DNA of 64,000 bases from Anaerolineae bacterium. GTDB taxonomy: Bacteria; Chloroflexota; Anaerolineae; Anaerolineales; UBA4823. Within the stretch, counting starts at the first letter, position 1; each line of letters opens with the position of its first letter. The stretch lies in contig JBBIVW010000001.1 in NCBI GenBank assembly GCA_037439525.1, positions 41,802 to 105,801 of the forward strand. The letters run 5' to 3'. The notes beneath the pieces are model-generated. The model saw nothing but the letters and a program-made list of their open reading frames with translations, was not told where the DNA came from and did no database searches. A program made the position numbers and the translations under genes. Below are positions 1 to 9,546 of this stretch, one piece after another.

Positions 1-1092
1 CCTGATGAACGCAAAGAGATTTGGTTTAAATTACCCCAAGAATATTCCTCTTACATAACAGACCTGGCAGACCCTTTTTTACTGGCGGTACTCTTTACTG
101 CCATGCGCTACGGGAAAAACCTGAACGTTCACGGGCAGGTATCGCCTTTTCTTTTGGAACATCTGGAGGAATTCCAAGCAGCATGGTCGTCCTGGTACCC
201 AACCCTATACCGTCAGGTGGATATCAAAGCCGATCAGGAGCGCGAAAGCGAATTGAAACCCAGTCAAGGCGTGCTTGTCGCTTTTTCGGGCGGAGTTGAC
301 TCTTCCTTCTCTCTCTATCGCCATACCCGCCTTAACCCTGGCAGGAGAAAAAAGGATGTTGGGGCTGCACTTTTTGTCCATGGATTCGACATGGCATTGA
401 GCCGCAAGGAAAGCTTCGTCAAAACCGTGCAAAAACTCCAAACCATCACCGGTAGTTTGCATGTCCCACTCATCACGATGGAAATGAACCTCAAAACCCT
501 GGCAGATAACAGGGACCATTCCCATGGGGCTGCCTTAGCAGGGTGCCTGCATACCCTGGCGGGCGGTTTTACAGGCGGCATCATTGCCAGTTCATACCCT
601 TATATTCATAGTCATATTCAAATCGGGTGGGGGAGCAATCCGATCACGGATCATTTGCTCTCATCCTCTCGGTTTCTGATTGTGCACGACGGAGCAGAAT
701 GCACCCGGTTTCAAAAGATCAAAGCCATGTGCCACTGGCCAGAATTCCTGGAACATGTGCGCGTGTGTATCCGTGGCTCCCAAAGAGAGAAAAATTGTTG
801 CCGCTGCCAAAAATGCGTGCGCGTGATGCTCTATTTTCGTCTGGCAGGCGTTGGCTTACCTCCTGCGTTCGAAAGAGACGTCAGCTTACGACACATCCTT
901 TCATTAAAACTCAATTCTTTCAATCAACTCGAAATGTATCAACTGCTTCTAGATACGTGCATGCAGGAAGGCAGACACGACTTCTGGGTGCAGGCATTGA
1001 AAATCACCCTGACTAAAAACCGTTTACGCCATTGGCTACGCAACCGATCGCTCGTGAAAAAGGGCATCGCCTGGATACGCGCCAGGAGGTAA
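1..1092 (+). CDS. PP-loop (adenine-nucleotide alpha-hydrolase superfamily) protein, 5'-truncated by the window edge
   Basis: Frame 1 is open from nt 1 (PDERKEIWFKLPQEY...) with no stop and no SD before the ATG at 103. PP-loop motif VAFSGGVDSS. C-terminal Cys cluster NCCRCQKC. Confidence 0.6.
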   Translation, partial: PDERKEIWFKLPQEYSSYITDLADPFLLAVLFTAMRYGKNLNVHGQVSPFLLEHLEEFQAAWSSWYPTLYRQVDIKADQERESELKPSQGVLVAFSGGVDSSFSLYRHTRLNPGRRKKDVGAALFVHGFDMALSRKESFVKTVQKLQTITGSLHVPLITMEMNLKTLADNRDHSHGAALAGCLHTLAGGFTGGIIASSYPYIHSHIQIGWGSNPITDHLLSSSRFLIVHDGAECTRFQKIKAMCHWPEFLEHVRVCIRGSQREKNCCRCQKCVRVMLYFRLAGVGLPPAFERDVSLRHILSLKLNSFNQLEMYQLLLDTCMQEGRHDFWVQALKITLTKNRLRHWLRNRSLVKKGIAWIRARR

Positions 1093-1198
1093 TACCTGTT
1101 CTATAAACTTGCATCATGTTGATTGGGGGTGAGGCAAAACTATAAAACATTCCCAAGCTACCGGCTAGGTGAAGGGAGCAAGAGTGGATAGAAGTTTA

Positions 1199-2659
1199 TT
1201 ATCCATTGCGCCAACGCAAGCGCAATGAAAAGAATAAGACCATGCATCCCAAGGGGATGGCTATGGTCGGTAGCCACCACAGACTAAGCGAAGGATTCAA
1301 GGCTTCATCCATTACCTTTGCGGAAAAGACCCCAGGAGAAAGCGCATTTAGGTGCATGGCAACCTGATCACCCTCCACTTCCTGTGAGGCGATATTAGGG
1401 TCATCGAATGCTTTTTCATATTCCCGCGAAGGGGCTAAAGGCTGCACGAAGACGCGCAAGCGCATTGGTTCCAACCAGAACCTCTCTCCGTTATACTCGA
1501 AAAACCAATCCAGCCTGAGCATATGCTCCCCTGGAAGCGCAGGGGGAGTGATGGTAAATGAGAAAGGCAGGCTTTCACCCGGGGCGACGGTTTGCGCGAA
1601 GTCGTACCATCTTTGTCCAGCCCAATGGCTCTTCGCCATCGCCAGGCGGGTTTTATTCGGCATCCAGGCAAGCACACCATTGTTGTGCAGGCGACCCTCA
1701 ACTTTCAATAACCCGCCTGCGGTAACGTGGAACACTTCAGGCAAATCCAGCCATTCCGCTGATATGGGTGGCAACCCTCCGGCAATCACGCCAATGACCT
1801 GAGGGATGTGTCTTTCAGAGGAGATCAGATGTTCGCCAGCACAAATCAATTGCGTCGAGCCACCGCCATCGAGCATGATCACCGCTGTAGCACCGAATGT
1901 GCGCAAAACCTCTGCCGCCGCTTGCTGAGTGGCAGTCAATGTATTGAAGATCAATATCGTCTCGTTGACACCGTCGAGGTTTTCATCCACGATGCCCAAG
2001 AAGGTACGTCCCACGGCGTATTTTGCCCGTTTATTCGCCGTTTCGCTCAAACCGACAATGATATGTGGGGCGCTCGAAGCGTAAAACCTCTCTGGAGAAA
2101 ATGGGGAGATTTCCGCCCGATCGCTCCAAATCTCCAACATTAGTTTTTCTCCTTCGTAGGTCTTGTATCCAAACCCATCGGTGACGTACTGGCCATCGAT
2201 TTTTAACGGGAAAGCCAGGCGTGTGGGATACTCCGCCATGTAAAAGAACGCGCCATTGGTCATACAAAATAGATTCGGCTCGCTTTTTGAAACCTCATGC
2301 CAGAATTGATCCAATAACCGGGATTCAAAACGCGGATCTGCCCCGCCATATACCCCTTTATCCACGCGCGGCTGAACGATAGCCGCGTGGTAAAACCGCA
2401 CTTTGGCACGCAAATTGAGATGTACTACCTGAACAAAATCCGGATTGCCATTGAGGTAATCCTTGCGATATACCTCAACCCCATACTGTTGGTACATCAA
2501 TGAAAAGCCGGGTGGAGGGAAATGCAGCCCTGCCGCGCGCACAGTGTGCGGCAAAGCGATCCCACCGAAAAGGATGAACGCCAGGAGGATAAAAAGAGCC
2601 TCTTTTCTCACACGATCACTCCATGCACCTACACTATACCACAATTTTAGAACATCCAT
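1199..2659 (-). CDS. phosphodiester glycosidase (DUF2233/NAGPA-like) family protein, membrane anchored
   Basis: 486-aa ORF. Family-like stretches CMTNGAFFYM and AVIMLDGGGSTQL. Hydrophobic N-terminus (ALFILLAFILFGGIAL) and C-terminal TM (WWLPTIAIPLGCMVLFF). Confidence 0.7.
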   Translation of the reverse strand: MDVLKLWYSVGAWSDRVRKEALFILLAFILFGGIALPHTVRAAGLHFPPPGFSLMYQQYGVEVYRKDYLNGNPDFVQVVHLNLRAKVRFYHAAIVQPRVDKGVYGGADPRFESRLLDQFWHEVSKSEPNLFCMTNGAFFYMAEYPTRLAFPLKIDGQYVTDGFGYKTYEGEKLMLEIWSDRAEISPFSPERFYASSAPHIIVGLSETANKRAKYAVGRTFLGIVDENLDGVNETILIFNTLTATQQAAAEVLRTFGATAVIMLDGGGSTQLICAGEHLISSERHIPQVIGVIAGGLPPISAEWLDLPEVFHVTAGGLLKVEGRLHNNGVLAWMPNKTRLAMAKSHWAGQRWYDFAQTVAPGESLPFSFTITPPALPGEHMLRLDWFFEYNGERFWLEPMRLRVFVQPLAPSREYEKAFDDPNIASQEVEGDQVAMHLNALSPGVFSAKVMDEALNPSLSLWWLPTIAIPLGCMVLFFSLRLRWRNG

Positions 2660-2730
2660 TCGCTTTATTTTCTACCTTTTTGAGATGGCTTTTCGCCGCG
2701 CACCTATTGATACTCTGCGAAAACTATTGT

Positions 2731-4260
2731 ATGATAAAGGCACATAAACCGATGAGTGAAGTCGCTCCGTCAGATTCAGACATCATCCTTTGCCCACACT
2801 GCCAGGGCGAAAATCGATCCGTGGCGAGGTATTGTCAACATTGTGGCTTTGCCTTACAAAACTCCCCCACCCAATCGGATTCACCCTCCACCAGCTTCAC
2901 CATGCTCCAACCGGGCATGTGGCTAGATAATCGCTACAAAGTGATCAAGAAGTTAGGGGAAAGCGAGCAAGGGCGCGTTTTCCTCGCTCAGGATGCTTCG
3001 GGAAGGCTCTATGCGTTGAAGCAAGTGCGCGAACTCTACGCCCAGGAGCGCCTGGAAGACTATAACCTGTACATTCGCAGTTTTCAACGGGAGGCGCAAA
3101 TCCTCTCTTCTTTACCTCACCCCTATCTACCCATTGCCAGGGATTTCTTGCCCGAAGACTATCTCATTGTCATGGATTACATCGAAGGCACAACTCTGGC
3201 GGAAATCCTGCACCAATCCACTGCACCTTTACCTGAGCAAAAAGTGATCCATTGGGGGATACAGGTGTGTGAGGCTTTGCGCTACCTGCACGAAAAAAAA
3301 CCGCCGATCATCCATTGCAACATCAACCCACACAACATCATTCTGGAGCAATCTCCAGAGGAACATGTCCGTTTGCTGGGCTTTGGCATGGCGCATTACT
3401 ACCTCCCCGGTTTGAAGCGCGATGAAGAGATCCGCGTTTCTATGGGCTTTTCCCCGCCAGAGCAGTATGGCGGTTCCCAAACCGATCATCGCAGCGATCT
3501 GTTCAGCCTGGGTGCAACCATGTTCACACTGCTCACCAAGCAGAACCTTTCGGCTTATTTCCAAACCGACCCAAAAGGAGAGGTTGCCTTCCATTACCCA
3601 GGGACTCAGCGCTTCAATCCTAATTTGTCAGAAGGCATCTGCCAGGTGTTAGAAAAAGCCCTCCAGGCGCACCCTGCGGATCGCTACCAGAGTGCTCAAG
3701 AAATGAAAGCTGCCCTGGAAGCCATCTACGTGTCTAAGGAGGCGCGTGAACATGAATGGCGCTTTACCCTGGGAGAGGCGGTGCCTCTTGAGGAGACGGC
3801 GCAATATGAGTTCAAACAAATCCTGGAAGCGGATGTCAAAACCGCCATTAAACGCCAGATCGAAACTTATGTGGTCGCCTTTCTCAACCGCGATGGTGGC
3901 AGTATCTTTTGGGGCATTCGTGACGCAGACCGCACGGTGGTTGGAGTCAATCTCAACTATCGCCAGAGAGACGAAATCCGCCGATTGATCACAGACAAAC
4001 TCATGCGCATCCAGCCTTCGATTCCGCTGGAAAATGTGCACATCCTGTTTCACGAAGTGCATCAAAACGACCATCCGATTCCCGACCTTTTTATCATCGA
4101 GGTGCGGGTAGAGAAACCCCAAACCCGTCTGCTCTATTTCACCAGCTATGGAGAAGTGTTCATCAAGACCGAAGCCGGAAAGAAAAAGCTCAGCGGGGCA
4201 GAAATCCAGGCAGAAGTCCTCCGTCGTCTGAAGCAATCTGAAATTACACGGCTGGGCTGA
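2731..4260 (+). CDS. Zn-ribbon / protein-kinase-like (predicted pseudokinase) / AlbA_2 (Schlafen-type) fusion protein
   Basis: ORF 2623-4260, with the start moved to ATG 2731 to clear the divergent gene ending at 2659. CPHC..CQHC ribbon. Kinase subdomains present (YALKQ, FQREAQIL, DLFSLG) but HRD reads HCN and DFG reads GFG. C-terminal EFKQILE...AFLNRDGGSIFWGIRD resembles AlbA_2. Confidence 0.75.
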   Translation: MIKAHKPMSEVAPSDSDIILCPHCQGENRSVARYCQHCGFALQNSPTQSDSPSTSFTMLQPGMWLDNRYKVIKKLGESEQGRVFLAQDASGRLYALKQVRELYAQERLEDYNLYIRSFQREAQILSSLPHPYLPIARDFLPEDYLIVMDYIEGTTLAEILHQSTAPLPEQKVIHWGIQVCEALRYLHEKKPPIIHCNINPHNIILEQSPEEHVRLLGFGMAHYYLPGLKRDEEIRVSMGFSPPEQYGGSQTDHRSDLFSLGATMFTLLTKQNLSAYFQTDPKGEVAFHYPGTQRFNPNLSEGICQVLEKALQAHPADRYQSAQEMKAALEAIYVSKEAREHEWRFTLGEAVPLEETAQYEFKQILEADVKTAIKRQIETYVVAFLNRDGGSIFWGIRDADRTVVGVNLNYRQRDEIRRLITDKLMRIQPSIPLENVHILFHEVHQNDHPIPDLFIIEVRVEKPQTRLLYFTSYGEVFIKTEAGKKKLSGAEIQAEVLRRLKQSEITRLG

Positions 4261-4380
4261 TTGAACCGAATAAGTGCTGCGTCTATACACAACCCCGGAC
4301 AAGCCGAAGCCTGGGCGGACCTCTCGTCTCGAATGCTGCCGTTAGGAGAGATGAGCCTTATTCTTTGCAGCGTGCGCGCC

Positions 4381-4572
4381 TCATGCGCGCGGGATGATGA
4401 TCCACATCACAATGTAGGCGGCCAACCCCGGCACACCCCCAGGCAACAAAGCCAGTAAAAATCCCAGGCGAAACCACCAGGGGTTGATGCCAAAGAACTC
4501 GCCCAAACCCCCACACACACCCGCGATGATCCGATCGGTATTCGAACGCCTTAAAGGCGATCGCGCGCCCAT
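4381..4572 (-). CDS. PspC domain-containing small membrane protein
   Basis: RIIAGVCGGLGEFFGINPWWFRLGFLL matches the PspC domain. Start set at the second ATG (4572), which has GGAGGT 6 nt upstream. The ORF track starts at 4590. Confidence 0.75.
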   Translation of the reverse strand: MGARSPLRRSNTDRIIAGVCGGLGEFFGINPWWFRLGFLLALLPGGVPGLAAYIVMWIIIPRA

Positions 4573-4641
4573 GAATTCACCTCCATACACAATCTTTATC
4601 TACCTTTACGCAAAGTCAACCCTTTGGTTTCGACCTGAGGT

Positions 4642-5280
4642 TCAATGCAATTTCACCCCGATTAGCATTCCATCTCCAAGTGGACAAAGCGTGGGCAAGA
4701 GCCTTTTTTCTTTGGCAAAGCTTTGGTTGAAGGCGATCATCATCTCAGTGTATGCGTCCGCAGGGCTCACCCCCAAAACGCTGCCACGACGTAAGGCGTT
4801 ATGTACCGCGACCACACCGCCGACCTTTAATAGTTCGAGGCTCCATGCAAGGTATTGGGGGTAACTTGGCTTGTCTGCATCGATAAAGACCAGATCGAAC
4901 GGCGCGCGCCGACGTAACGCGGGTAGCGTTGCATGGGCATCTCCGAGGATGAGTTCTACACGGTGCGCCACCCCAGCGTGTAGAAAACTTTCCTTCGCCA
5001 GGGCTGCATGTTTTGCCGATTTTTCTAAAGTGATCAACTTCCCCTGCTCATCGAGCGCTCGAGCCAGGTAAATCCCACTGTATCCTCCCAAGGTGCCGAT
5101 CTCCAAAACCAATCTCGCCTGCGTGGCTTTGACCAGGACCTGAAGGAAGCGCCCTTCTTCGGGTTGAATGCTGATCTGTGGCATGCCTGCCTGGTGTATG
5201 CGCTCCTTGACCTGTTTCAAAACCTCGTCTTCCGGTGCAAACCATTGGCGCACATAGGCGTCTATGCTCTCTTTTTCCAT
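4642..5280 (-). CDS. class I SAM-dependent O-methyltransferase (family 3, caffeoyl-CoA OMT/YrrM-like)
   Basis: 212-aa ORF. SAM-binding VLEIGTLGGYSGIYLA and FDLVFIDADK motifs. Confidence 0.8.
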   Translation of the reverse strand: MEKESIDAYVRQWFAPEDEVLKQVKERIHQAGMPQISIQPEEGRFLQVLVKATQARLVLEIGTLGGYSGIYLARALDEQGKLITLEKSAKHAALAKESFLHAGVAHRVELILGDAHATLPALRRRAPFDLVFIDADKPSYPQYLAWSLELLKVGGVVAVHNALRRGSVLGVSPADAYTEMMIAFNQSFAKEKRLLPTLCPLGDGMLIGVKLH

Positions 5281-6188
5281 GCTTGCATCCTTTCAAAGAA
5301 CCCTAATGCAATGTCTACCGTCGCAGCGTGAATGTCCACGACATCTTCGACATGCTTGGCATAACCTCCTCCCAAAACCACCAGGACTGGGTAGCCATGC
5401 TGGTGACACCATTCAAAGACCATTTTGTCGCGCTGCGCCAGGCCGAGTTTACTAAGCGCCAGCTTCCCATATCGATCGTGAACATAGGCATCCGCGCCAG
5501 CGATAAAAAAGACCACCTCCGGTTGAAAGCGTTCATCCACCTGTTGCAATCCCAAGCGCAATGCATGCAGGTATGCCTCATCCTGAGTGCCGAATGGCAA
5601 TGGGATATCCAGATCGCTCTGCTCTTTGTGAAATGGGAAGTTTTTTTCTCCATGGATGGAGCAGGTGAAGACATCGGGGTCATCTCGAAATATGGCCGCC
5701 GTGCCGTTTCCCTGGTGGACATCACAATCCAGGATCAAAATGCGCGCGATGCGGTGCACGGCTTGGAGCTCGCGCGCGGCGACAGCCAGGTCGTTGAATA
5801 CGCAGTACCCTTCGCCGTGATCGGCAAAGGCATGATGTGTACCGCCGCCTAAATTAATAGCCAGACCTTCGGCTAAAGCCGCATGTGCGGCGGCAATGCT
5901 GCCCCCTGTTGAGCGCAACGCGCGTTCCACCAGATTCTGCGACCAGGGAAGGCCGATGCGCCGCATCTCCTGCTGGCTCAGCGACCCCTGCACGACGCGC
6001 TGATAATAATCCACCGTGTGCACGCGTTGAATCTGCTCGGCGCTGGCTGGGGCTGCGAAAATGAGCCTCAGAGCCTCTGCAGGGTAACGCGATATCAGCC
6101 TCTGTCTCAAACGAGGGTATTTCTCCGCCGGAAAGCGATGACCTTCGGGGAGCGGCAAGGTGATTTCATCGGCATAATAGGCTTGCAT
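5262..6188 (-). CDS. histone deacetylase-family (AcuC-like) deacetylase
   Basis: GGGTHHAFADHGEGYCVFND and DCDVHQGNGT motifs. Start moved to ATG 6188 (MQAYYADE) because the ORF's first 82 codons overlap the upstream nitroreductase gene. Confidence 0.8.
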   Translation of the reverse strand: MQAYYADEITLPLPEGHRFPAEKYPRLRQRLISRYPAEALRLIFAAPASAEQIQRVHTVDYYQRVVQGSLSQQEMRRIGLPWSQNLVERALRSTGGSIAAAHAALAEGLAINLGGGTHHAFADHGEGYCVFNDLAVAARELQAVHRIARILILDCDVHQGNGTAAIFRDDPDVFTCSIHGEKNFPFHKEQSDLDIPLPFGTQDEAYLHALRLGLQQVDERFQPEVVFFIAGADAYVHDRYGKLALSKLGLAQRDKMVFEWCHQHGYPVLVVLGGGYAKHVEDVVDIHAATVDIALGFFERMQAWKKRA

Positions 6189-6195
6189 GCGCGGC

Positions 6196-6708
6196 TTACC
6201 AATGTTCCCAATGGACAACTTCCGTAAAGGGCTTACGCCCCCCTTTTCGGGGAGGCAAAGAAAGCAGGGCATCGTCCTTCGGGTAACCGAATGAGATGGC
6301 AAGGCGCAGGTGCAAATCCTGAGGGAAGCCCAATAACTCTCGTGCCGCCTCATGATCGTAAATCGTTGCCAGACAAGAAGCGATGCCCAATTCCCAAGCA
6401 GTGAGTTGCATATATGCAGCCGCCTGACCGGCATCGAACATGATGCTAAAGCGGGTTTCTGGTGGAGGGGTTAAGATGGCTACACCCAAGGCGGCAGCGG
6501 CTAAATGACCCGCCCACTGGCCCAATCTGGACAAGGCTTCTAGCCGTTCAGGCTGGCGGATGGCAATGAAGTGCCAGGGCTGGGTGTTCTTCGAAGATTG
6601 GGCGCGACGACCGGCGTTGAGAATACGCTCGACCGCCTCATCGGGTATGGGGTTGGGCTTGAACTCGCGCACGGCGCGTTTTGTCATGATGGCTTCATAC
6701 ACTCGCAT
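6196..6708 (-). CDS. nitroreductase family protein
   Basis: 170-aa ORF. KRAVREFKPNPIPDEAVERILNAGRRAQSSKNTQPWHF is a typical nitroreductase N-terminus. Confidence 0.8.
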   Translation of the reverse strand: MRVYEAIMTKRAVREFKPNPIPDEAVERILNAGRRAQSSKNTQPWHFIAIRQPERLEALSRLGQWAGHLAAAALGVAILTPPPETRFSIMFDAGQAAAYMQLTAWELGIASCLATIYDHEAARELLGFPQDLHLRLAISFGYPKDDALLSLPPRKGGRKPFTEVVHWEHW

Positions 6709-6778
6709 CTCTTACTCCTGAAATGGATAAAAAATGGGCAGCTATACCACTGCCCATACACATCACGAAGCGGTAGGG

Positions 6779-7303
6779 TCACCCTTCTATATTGATCACC
6801 ACCGTTGTTTGATCGATGAAGGGGATTTCGGTGATGACCACAGTCGCTTTGCGCGTGCCTTTCTCGAAAGTCAATTCAGCGATGCCAGAACTGATATCCT
6901 CTTTGGTCAAGGTCCATCCATTCAACGGCATCTCGCGCTTGTAGAAATCGACCACGTCATCGAAGCTTTCGGTGGTGAAATACGAGACCAACTCTGCAGA
7001 GGATACCAGGTCACCGATTTCACCTCCCATCACCGGGATGTCTTCCGGTTTTTCGCCGCTCAACTCGGGGATATCCACATCGGTTGACACCGCTTGAAGA
7101 GTCTCTTCGACTTCCTCGAAGTCCACCTCTGTGATCAGAGCCTCACCCGTCTCCAAGATTTCACCTCCGATTTCAACCCCGGTAGCCACAGCCTCCGCAT
7201 CTTCACGCAGGTCACGCAACCGATCGGTAATCGAACAAGCCATTAATACCACCAGAATCAATCCAAGGTTCAACCAAAGCATTCTATTCGAAAAAGCGCG
7301 CAT
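6779..7303 (-). CDS. hypothetical acidic lipoprotein
   Basis: Signal peptide with lipobox (LILVVLMAC). The mature part is rich in D/E. No family recognised. Confidence 0.55.
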   Translation of the reverse strand: MRAFSNRMLWLNLGLILVVLMACSITDRLRDLREDAEAVATGVEIGGEILETGEALITEVDFEEVEETLQAVSTDVDIPELSGEKPEDIPVMGGEIGDLVSSAELVSYFTTESFDDVVDFYKREMPLNGWTLTKEDISSGIAELTFEKGTRKATVVITEIPFIDQTTVVINIEG

Positions 7304-7327
7304 CTCTGCCTCCTTTCACATGACATT

Positions 7328-8257
7328 TCAGAGAGGAATTATACCTTTCGCCAGGCTCTCCAGAGAGGCGAGATCATCCAGGTCTAACCATTGAATCATC
7401 ACCCCCTGCAAACCAGCGGATTGGTAATCCTTTAATTGCTCGCGTATCTCCTCGGCATTTCCAACCAGATAACCTTTGGCGCGCCAGGCTTCGAGGTCTT
7501 CGAGACCCGCGCGGCGGGCGTTGAGCATGGCAATCAATGTACCTCTCTCCTGAGCAAAGACGCACCCCAGCATCATCGAGCGTTTTACCGCCTCGGGAGG
7601 GCGATTCTGTTGCAACAGCAATGCATCCAGGTGAGCGTTGAGCTTCTTAAAATCTTCCACGGAGAGGAATATCGCATTCCATTCATCGGCAAAGCGCGCT
7701 GCCAGAGGCAATGTGCGCCGTCGCCCATTGCCCCCAATGAGAATCGGGGGTCCTCCTGACCGCTGCGACTTGGGGAGAATGATGGCTTGCTTCATGGAAT
7801 AATACTTCCCTGTAAAGTCCACGGGCTGTTCGCTGCGCATCAATTGCTCCAACACCTCCACACCTTCAGAAAAGCGATCGAAGCGCGCTTTGGCATCCAG
7901 CAAGTCGAAGCCAAACATGGTATGCTCCCGCTCTTGCCAGCCCGCGCCCACACCCAACACCAACCGGCCGCCAGAAAGGTCATCGACTGCCAGAGCCATG
8001 CGTGCGGTCATCGCCGGGTGGCGAAAAGAGAACGGCGTCACCAAAGGACCAAAGCGAATGCGTTGCGTGTGCGTCGCAAGCCAGGTCAGGGAAACCCATA
8101 GTTCCAGCGAATCTTTCTCGGGCGGACGGGCATTGGTGAAATGGTCCGAACGATACACTCCCGAAAAGCCGAGGGCTTCGGCTGCCAGAGCAATTCTCTG
8201 CCAGCGCGGCCAATTGAGGCCATTCTGGCCTTCGATCATCAAATTGATCTCGAACAT
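7328..8257 (-). CDS. LLM-class (luciferase-like) F420-dependent oxidoreductase
   Basis: 309-aa ORF. GFSGVYRSDHF, RIRFGPLVTP and GRLVLGVGAGW are typical of the LLM/F420 family. Confidence 0.75.
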   Translation of the reverse strand: MFEINLMIEGQNGLNWPRWQRIALAAEALGFSGVYRSDHFTNARPPEKDSLELWVSLTWLATHTQRIRFGPLVTPFSFRHPAMTARMALAVDDLSGGRLVLGVGAGWQEREHTMFGFDLLDAKARFDRFSEGVEVLEQLMRSEQPVDFTGKYYSMKQAIILPKSQRSGGPPILIGGNGRRRTLPLAARFADEWNAIFLSVEDFKKLNAHLDALLLQQNRPPEAVKRSMMLGCVFAQERGTLIAMLNARRAGLEDLEAWRAKGYLVGNAEEIREQLKDYQSAGLQGVMIQWLDLDDLASLESLAKGIIPL

Positions 8258-8269
8258 CGTCTCCTCTTT

Positions 8270-9298
8270 TTATCCATACTCGTGCATAAATTGCTCCGCC
8301 TTTTCCACCAGAGGGCGGTTGCCGATGAAGAGCGGGGTGCGCTCATGGAGCGAACTGGGGATTTTATCCAGGATGTTCTGGGTGCCATCCGAAGCATAGC
8401 CGCCTGCCTGTTCGGCAATAAATGCCAGCGGCGCAGCTTCATAGAGCAGGCGCAATTTGCCATGCGGCTTCTTAGGGTCTTGGGTATCCGCCGGGTAATA
8501 AAAAACCCCGCCGGCAAGCAGGTTACGATGAAAATCGGCGACCAATGAGCCGACATAGCGCAGAGACAGGCTTTTGATCTGCCCATCCAAGCCTTGCAGA
8601 TAATCGGTATAGCGTTGCACCCCCGCGCTCCAATACTTACGGTAACCGAGGTTGACGCTAAAGTAGCGCGCCTTTTCTGGAATGCGAATGTTCGGATGCG
8701 AGAGCAAAAACTCACCTACCGACGGGTCCAGCGTAAATCCCTGCACGCCATCGCCGGTGGTATAGACGAACATCGTGCTGGAGCCGTACAGGATATACCC
8801 TGAAGCGACCAGGTTTTTACCCGGCTGAAGGCAATCTTCCAGCGTGCCCGGTCCCTCTTCGGTCAAGCGTTTGTAAATCGAAAAAATCGTGCCAACGGGG
8901 ATGTTGAAATCGATGTTCGATGAACCGTCCAGAGGGTCGAATAAGAGCACATATTTCCCATAAGGTAGCCCTTCTGGGATAGGTAATAAGCCATCATGTT
9001 CCTCGGAAGCCATCACCGCCACACGGCCGGTATGGTCATTGAGGCGATACATGGTTAGATCCGCCAGCACATCCAGCTTTTGCACCACCTCGCCCTGAAT
9101 GTTCACCTCATCTGTTCGCCCGAGGATTTCAGCCAGGCCGGCGCGCGTGGTTTTGCTGGCGATCACTTTTCCTGCCAGGGCAATGTCGTAGAGCAATTGG
9201 GTCAGCACGCCCGTAGCTTCCGGGTGATGCCGCTGCCCTTCCAATATGTGTCGCTCGATGGTCATGATTTGAGGGGGATCTATGGTTTGAACAGCCAT
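8270..9298 (-). CDS. fbp: class 1 fructose-1,6-bisphosphatase
   Basis: 342-aa ORF with FBPase-like sequence over the full length ([34 protein letters not shown]). Confidence 0.9.
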   Translation of the reverse strand: MAVQTIDPPQIMTIERHILEGQRHHPEATGVLTQLLYDIALAGKVIASKTTRAGLAEILGRTDEVNIQGEVVQKLDVLADLTMYRLNDHTGRVAVMASEEHDGLLPIPEGLPYGKYVLLFDPLDGSSNIDFNIPVGTIFSIYKRLTEEGPGTLEDCLQPGKNLVASGYILYGSSTMFVYTTGDGVQGFTLDPSVGEFLLSHPNIRIPEKARYFSVNLGYRKYWSAGVQRYTDYLQGLDGQIKSLSLRYVGSLVADFHRNLLAGGVFYYPADTQDPKKPHGKLRLLYEAAPLAFIAEQAGGYASDGTQNILDKIPSSLHERTPLFIGNRPLVEKAEQFMHEYG

Positions 9299-9546
9299 TG
9301 CTTGTCACCTCCATTGGCTTTTCGTTTCCAAATCCACTATAAGAACCAACCGGCTGGTATCAGCCTGCATGAGGCGATTATACATCAAATTCAAGCTACG
9401 GATGACAACAAACACCCTGCGCGTTCACCCATAAGGATGACGCACAATCACCCCGTGAATGAAATTAGGGTTGATGACAATTTGGAGTGAATTTGATACA
9501 TTAATGGGCGCCTCGTGTGATCCGTAAGCGCAAAAGGCAGACAAGT

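Noticed and set aside
6189-6434. N-terminal 82 codons of the 390-aa ORF for the deacetylase
   Set aside because: This part overlaps the 3' end of the nitroreductase gene in another frame and looks non-protein-like (Cys/Arg/Leu-rich). The family-typical N-terminus begins at ATG 6188.
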